A stretch of 19,631 nt of DNA from a virus (Duplodnaviria > Heunggongvirae > Uroviricota > Caudoviricetes), in the IMG/VR virus record IMGVR_UViG_2541047837_000004, one strand, 5' to 3'. Below are positions 16,846-19,631 of the stretch, piece after piece. Under the pieces are notes generated by a model. The model had not been told where the DNA came from, ran no database searches, and saw only the letters and a list, made by a program, of their open reading frames with translations. Every line of letters begins with the position of its first letter. The first letter of the stretch is position 1. The position numbers were made by a program, and so were the translations under genes.

Positions 16846-17647
16846 GCAACCACCAATCGCAAAAGCCGATCTGCAAAAAACTCAGGGAAACCGTGCACCA
16901 GCAGCAGTTAAAAATAGCGACGTGATTAGTTTTATTAACCAGCCATCAATGAAAGAGCAACTGGCAGCAGCTCTTCCACGCCATATGACGGCTGAACGTA
17001 TGATCCGTATCGCCACCACAGAAATTCGTAAAGTTCCGGCGTTAGGAAACTGTGACACTATGAGTTTTGTCAGTGCGATCGTACAGTGTTCACAGCTCGG
17101 ACTTGAGCCAGGTAGCGCCCTCGGTCATGCATATTTACTGCCTTTTGGTAATAAAAACGAAAAGAGCGGTAAAAAGAACGTTCAGCTAATCATTGGCTAT
17201 CGCGGCATGATTGATCTGGCTCGCCGTTCTGGTCAAATCGCCAGCCTGTCAGCCCGTGTTGTCCGTGAAGGTGACGAGTTTAGCTTCGAATTTGGCCTTG
17301 ATGAAAAGTTAATACACCGCCCGGGAGAAAACGAAGATGCCCCGGTTACCCACGTCTATGCTGTCGCAAGACTGAAAGACGGAGGTACTCAGTTTGAAGT
17401 TATGACGCGCAAACAGATTGAGCTGGTGCGCAGCCTGAGTAAAGCTGGTAATAACGGGCCGTGGGTAACTCACTGGGAAGAAATGGCAAAGAAAACGGCT
17501 ATTCGTCGCCTGTTCAAATATCTGCCCGTATCAATTGAGATCCAGCGTGCAGTATCAATGGATGAAAAGGAACCACTGACAATCGATCCTGCAGATTCCT
17601 CTGTATTAACCGGGGAATACAGTGTAATCGATAATTCAGAGGAATAA
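16838..17647 (+). CDS. recT: recombinase RecT (single-strand annealing protein)
   Basis: 269 aa from [18 protein letters not shown]; matches recalled RecT. The ORF track start at 16781 is an upstream in-frame ATG inside recE. Confidence 0.95.
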   Translation: MTKQPPIAKADLQKTQGNRAPAAVKNSDVISFINQPSMKEQLAAALPRHMTAERMIRIATTEIRKVPALGNCDTMSFVSAIVQCSQLGLEPGSALGHAYLLPFGNKNEKSGKKNVQLIIGYRGMIDLARRSGQIASLSARVVREGDEFSFEFGLDEKLIHRPGENEDAPVTHVYAVARLKDGGTQFEVMTRKQIELVRSLSKAGNNGPWVTHWEEMAKKTAIRRLFKYLPVSIEIQRAVSMDEKEPLTIDPADSSVLTGEYSVIDNSEE

Positions 17648-17703
17648 TTCAGCCTGGCGGTGTAATGCACCGCCAACTTGAAATATTTTTTATGAGAAAA
17701 ATT

Positions 17704-17898
17704 ATGAGATATGACAATGTTAAACCATGTCCATTTTGTGGTTGTCCATCAGTAACGGTGAAAGCCATTTCAGGATATTACCGAGCGAAGTGTAACGGAT
17801 GCGAATCCCGAACCGGTTATGGTGGAAGTGAAAAAGAAGCACTCGAAAGATGGAATAAACGAACCACTGGAAATAATAATGGAGGTGTTCATGTATAA
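17704..17898 (+). CDS. ralR: restriction alleviation protein RalR (Lar)
   Basis: 64 aa MRYDNVKPCPFCGCPSVTVKAISGYYRAKCNGCESRTGYGGSEKEALERWNKR, with four-Cys zinc-ribbon-like spacing. Confidence 0.85.
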   Translation: MRYDNVKPCPFCGCPSVTVKAISGYYRAKCNGCESRTGYGGSEKEALERWNKRTTGNNNGGVHV

Positions 17899-18100
17899 AA
17901 TTACCGCCACTATTGAAAAGGAAGGTGGCACTCCTACTAACTGGACAAGATATTCAAAATCTAAACTAACGAAATCAGAATGCGAAAAAATGCTCTCAGG
18001 TAAAAAAGAAGCAGGCGTTTCCAGAGAGCAGAAAGTAAAACTGATAAATTTTAATTGCGAGAAACTTCAGTCCTCGAGAATTGCATTGTATTCAAATTAA
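17891..18100 (+). CDS. ydaC: Rac prophage protein YdaC
   Basis: 69 aa from MYKITATIEKEGGTPTNWTRYSK; GGAGG Shine-Dalgarno; overlaps the ralR stop by 8 nt. Confidence 0.8.
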   Translation: MYKITATIEKEGGTPTNWTRYSKSKLTKSECEKMLSGKKEAGVSREQKVKLINFNCEKLQSSRIALYSN

Positions 18101-18178
18101 AACTTCATAGCTGATTATTAATAATCAACATCGGGCGTCAATTTCAGTCTAACATTGGCGCCTGCCAGAGGTGATGCG

Positions 18179-18394
18179 ATGGCACAAGTAATCTTTAATG
18201 AAGAGTGGATGGTTGAATACGGCCTGATGCTTCGCACTGGTCTGGGGGCCAGACAAATTGAAGCATACCGCCAGAACTGTTGGGTGGAGGGCTTCCACTT
18301 CAAACGAGTATCTCCTTTAGGTAAGCCAGACAGCAAACGAGGGATTATCTGGTACAACTATCCAAAGATAAATCAGTTTATCAAAGACTCATGA
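18179..18394 (+). CDS. xisR: excisionase XisR (YdaQ)
   Basis: 71 aa from [35 protein letters not shown]; GAGGTGA Shine-Dalgarno; stop lies 1 nt before the intR ATG. Confidence 0.85.
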   Translation: MAQVIFNEEWMVEYGLMLRTGLGARQIEAYRQNCWVEGFHFKRVSPLGKPDSKRGIIWYNYPKINQFIKDS

Positions 18395-18395
18395 T

Positions 18396-19631
18396 ATGTC
18401 TAAATTACCAACAGGTGTCGAGATTAGAGGTAGATACATTCGCATCTGGTTCATGTTTCGAGGAAAACGATGTCGGGAAACATTAAAAGGCTGGGAGATT
18501 ACAAACAGTAATATTAAAAAGGCCGGAAATTTAAGAGCGCTGATAGTTCATGAAATAAACTCCGGTGAATTTGAGTATTTAAGACGTTTTCCCCAGTCCA
18601 GCACTGGGGCAAAAATGGTGACAACGAGAGTCATAAAAACGTTCGGAGAGCTTTGTGATATCTGGACAAAAATTAAAGAGACAGAGTTAACAACAAACAC
18701 AATGAAGAAAACGAAATCACAATTAAAAACACTCAGAATAATAATTTGTGAAAGTACCCCGATATCACATATTCGTTATAGCGATATCTTAAACTACCGG
18801 AATGAACTGCTGCATGGAGAAACGCTTTACCTGGATAATCCAAGATCCAACAAAAAAGGAAGAACCGTGCGCACAGTTGATAACTATATCGCCCTGCTCT
18901 GTTCGCTGTTGCGTTTTGCGTATCAGTCGGGATTTATATCAACCAAACCATTTGAAGGAGTAAAAAAATTACAGCGAAACAGAATAAAGCCTGATCCGTT
19001 ATCTAAAACAGAATTCAATGCATTAATGGAAAGTGAAAAAGGACAGAGCCAGAACTTGTGGAAATTTGCCGTTTACTCAGGACTTCGTCACGGGGAACTG
19101 GCAGCTCTGGCGTGGGAGGATGTGGATCTCGAAAAGGGAATAGTGAATGTCAGAAGAAACCTGACGATACTTGATATGTTCGGTCCCCCAAAAACAAATG
19201 CCGGGATCCGAACAGTAACACTACTGCAGCCTGCTCTTGAAGCACTGAAGGAGCAATACAAACTGACCGGGCATCATCGCAAAAGCGAAATCACCTTTTA
19301 TCATCGGGAGTACGGCAGAACCGAAAAGCAAAAACTGCATTTTGTTTTCATGCCCAGGGTGTGTAACGGAAAACAAAAACCTTATTACTCGGTAAGCAGT
19401 TTGGGGGCAAGGTGGAATGCAGCAGTAAAACGTGCTGGTATTCGCCGCCGTAATCCGTACCATACGCGGCATACTTTTGCCTGCTGGCTGTTGACGGCAG
19501 GAGCGAACCCGGCATTTATAGCCAGCCAAATGGGGCATGAAACTGCGCAGATGGTGTATGAAATTTACGGTATGTGGATTGATGACATGAACGACGAACA
19601 GATAGCCATGTTGAATGCGCGGTTATCGTAG
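18396..19631 (+). CDS. intR: tyrosine integrase IntR
   Basis: 411 aa; C-terminal catalytic signature (HTRHTFACWLL ... VYEIYG); matches recalled Rac IntR. Ends at the window edge, so no att site is included. Confidence 0.95.
   Translation: MSKLPTGVEIRGRYIRIWFMFRGKRCRETLKGWEITNSNIKKAGNLRALIVHEINSGEFEYLRRFPQSSTGAKMVTTRVIKTFGELCDIWTKIKETELTTNTMKKTKSQLKTLRIIICESTPISHIRYSDILNYRNELLHGETLYLDNPRSNKKGRTVRTVDNYIALLCSLLRFAYQSGFISTKPFEGVKKLQRNRIKPDPLSKTEFNALMESEKGQSQNLWKFAVYSGLRHGELAALAWEDVDLEKGIVNVRRNLTILDMFGPPKTNAGIRTVTLLQPALEALKEQYKLTGHHRKSEITFYHREYGRTEKQKLHFVFMPRVCNGKQKPYYSVSSLGARWNAAVKRAGIRRRNPYHTRHTFACWLLTAGANPAFIASQMGHETAQMVYEIYGMWIDDMNDEQIAMLNARLS

Noticed and set aside
1-19631. CRISPR arrays, IS elements and phage attachment sites
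   Set aside because: No regularly spaced direct repeats and no transposase-like ORFs or terminal inverted repeats were seen. intR ends at the window edge, so the att core lies outside the window.

Overview
This window is a lambdoid, Rac-like E. coli prophage segment of about 19.3 kb that abuts a truncated sitB gene at its left edge. The right half (11.3-19.6 kb) is the classical Rac early-left region on the plus strand: racR repressor, ydaG, ydaF, sieB (minus), kilR, ydaE, racC, recE, recT, ralR, ydaC, xisR and intR. recE carries an in-frame TGA at codon 74. racR is flanked by two related promoter/operator-like elements, with ydaS-ydaT diverging leftward. The left half is transcribed leftward on the minus strand: an unassigned 153-aa ORF in the position of a late-gene antiterminator, two terminators, two paralogous lipoprotein genes whose C-terminal domains resemble TolA domain III, a P21-type lysis cassette (dual-start pinholin, SAR endolysin, Rz/Rz1), the AT-rich trkG gene, a ParB-like nuclease gene coupled to a GT-A glycosyltransferase-like gene, a small HTH ORF, terminase small and large subunits, and a truncated portal-like ORF. 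That last ORF and the sitB fragment end convergently in the same CTAG. All identifications rest on reading the ORF translations and on recalled protein families; no database search was run. The two findings I rate highest are the TolA-III-like lipoprotein pair and the ParB-like/glycosyltransferase-like pair.
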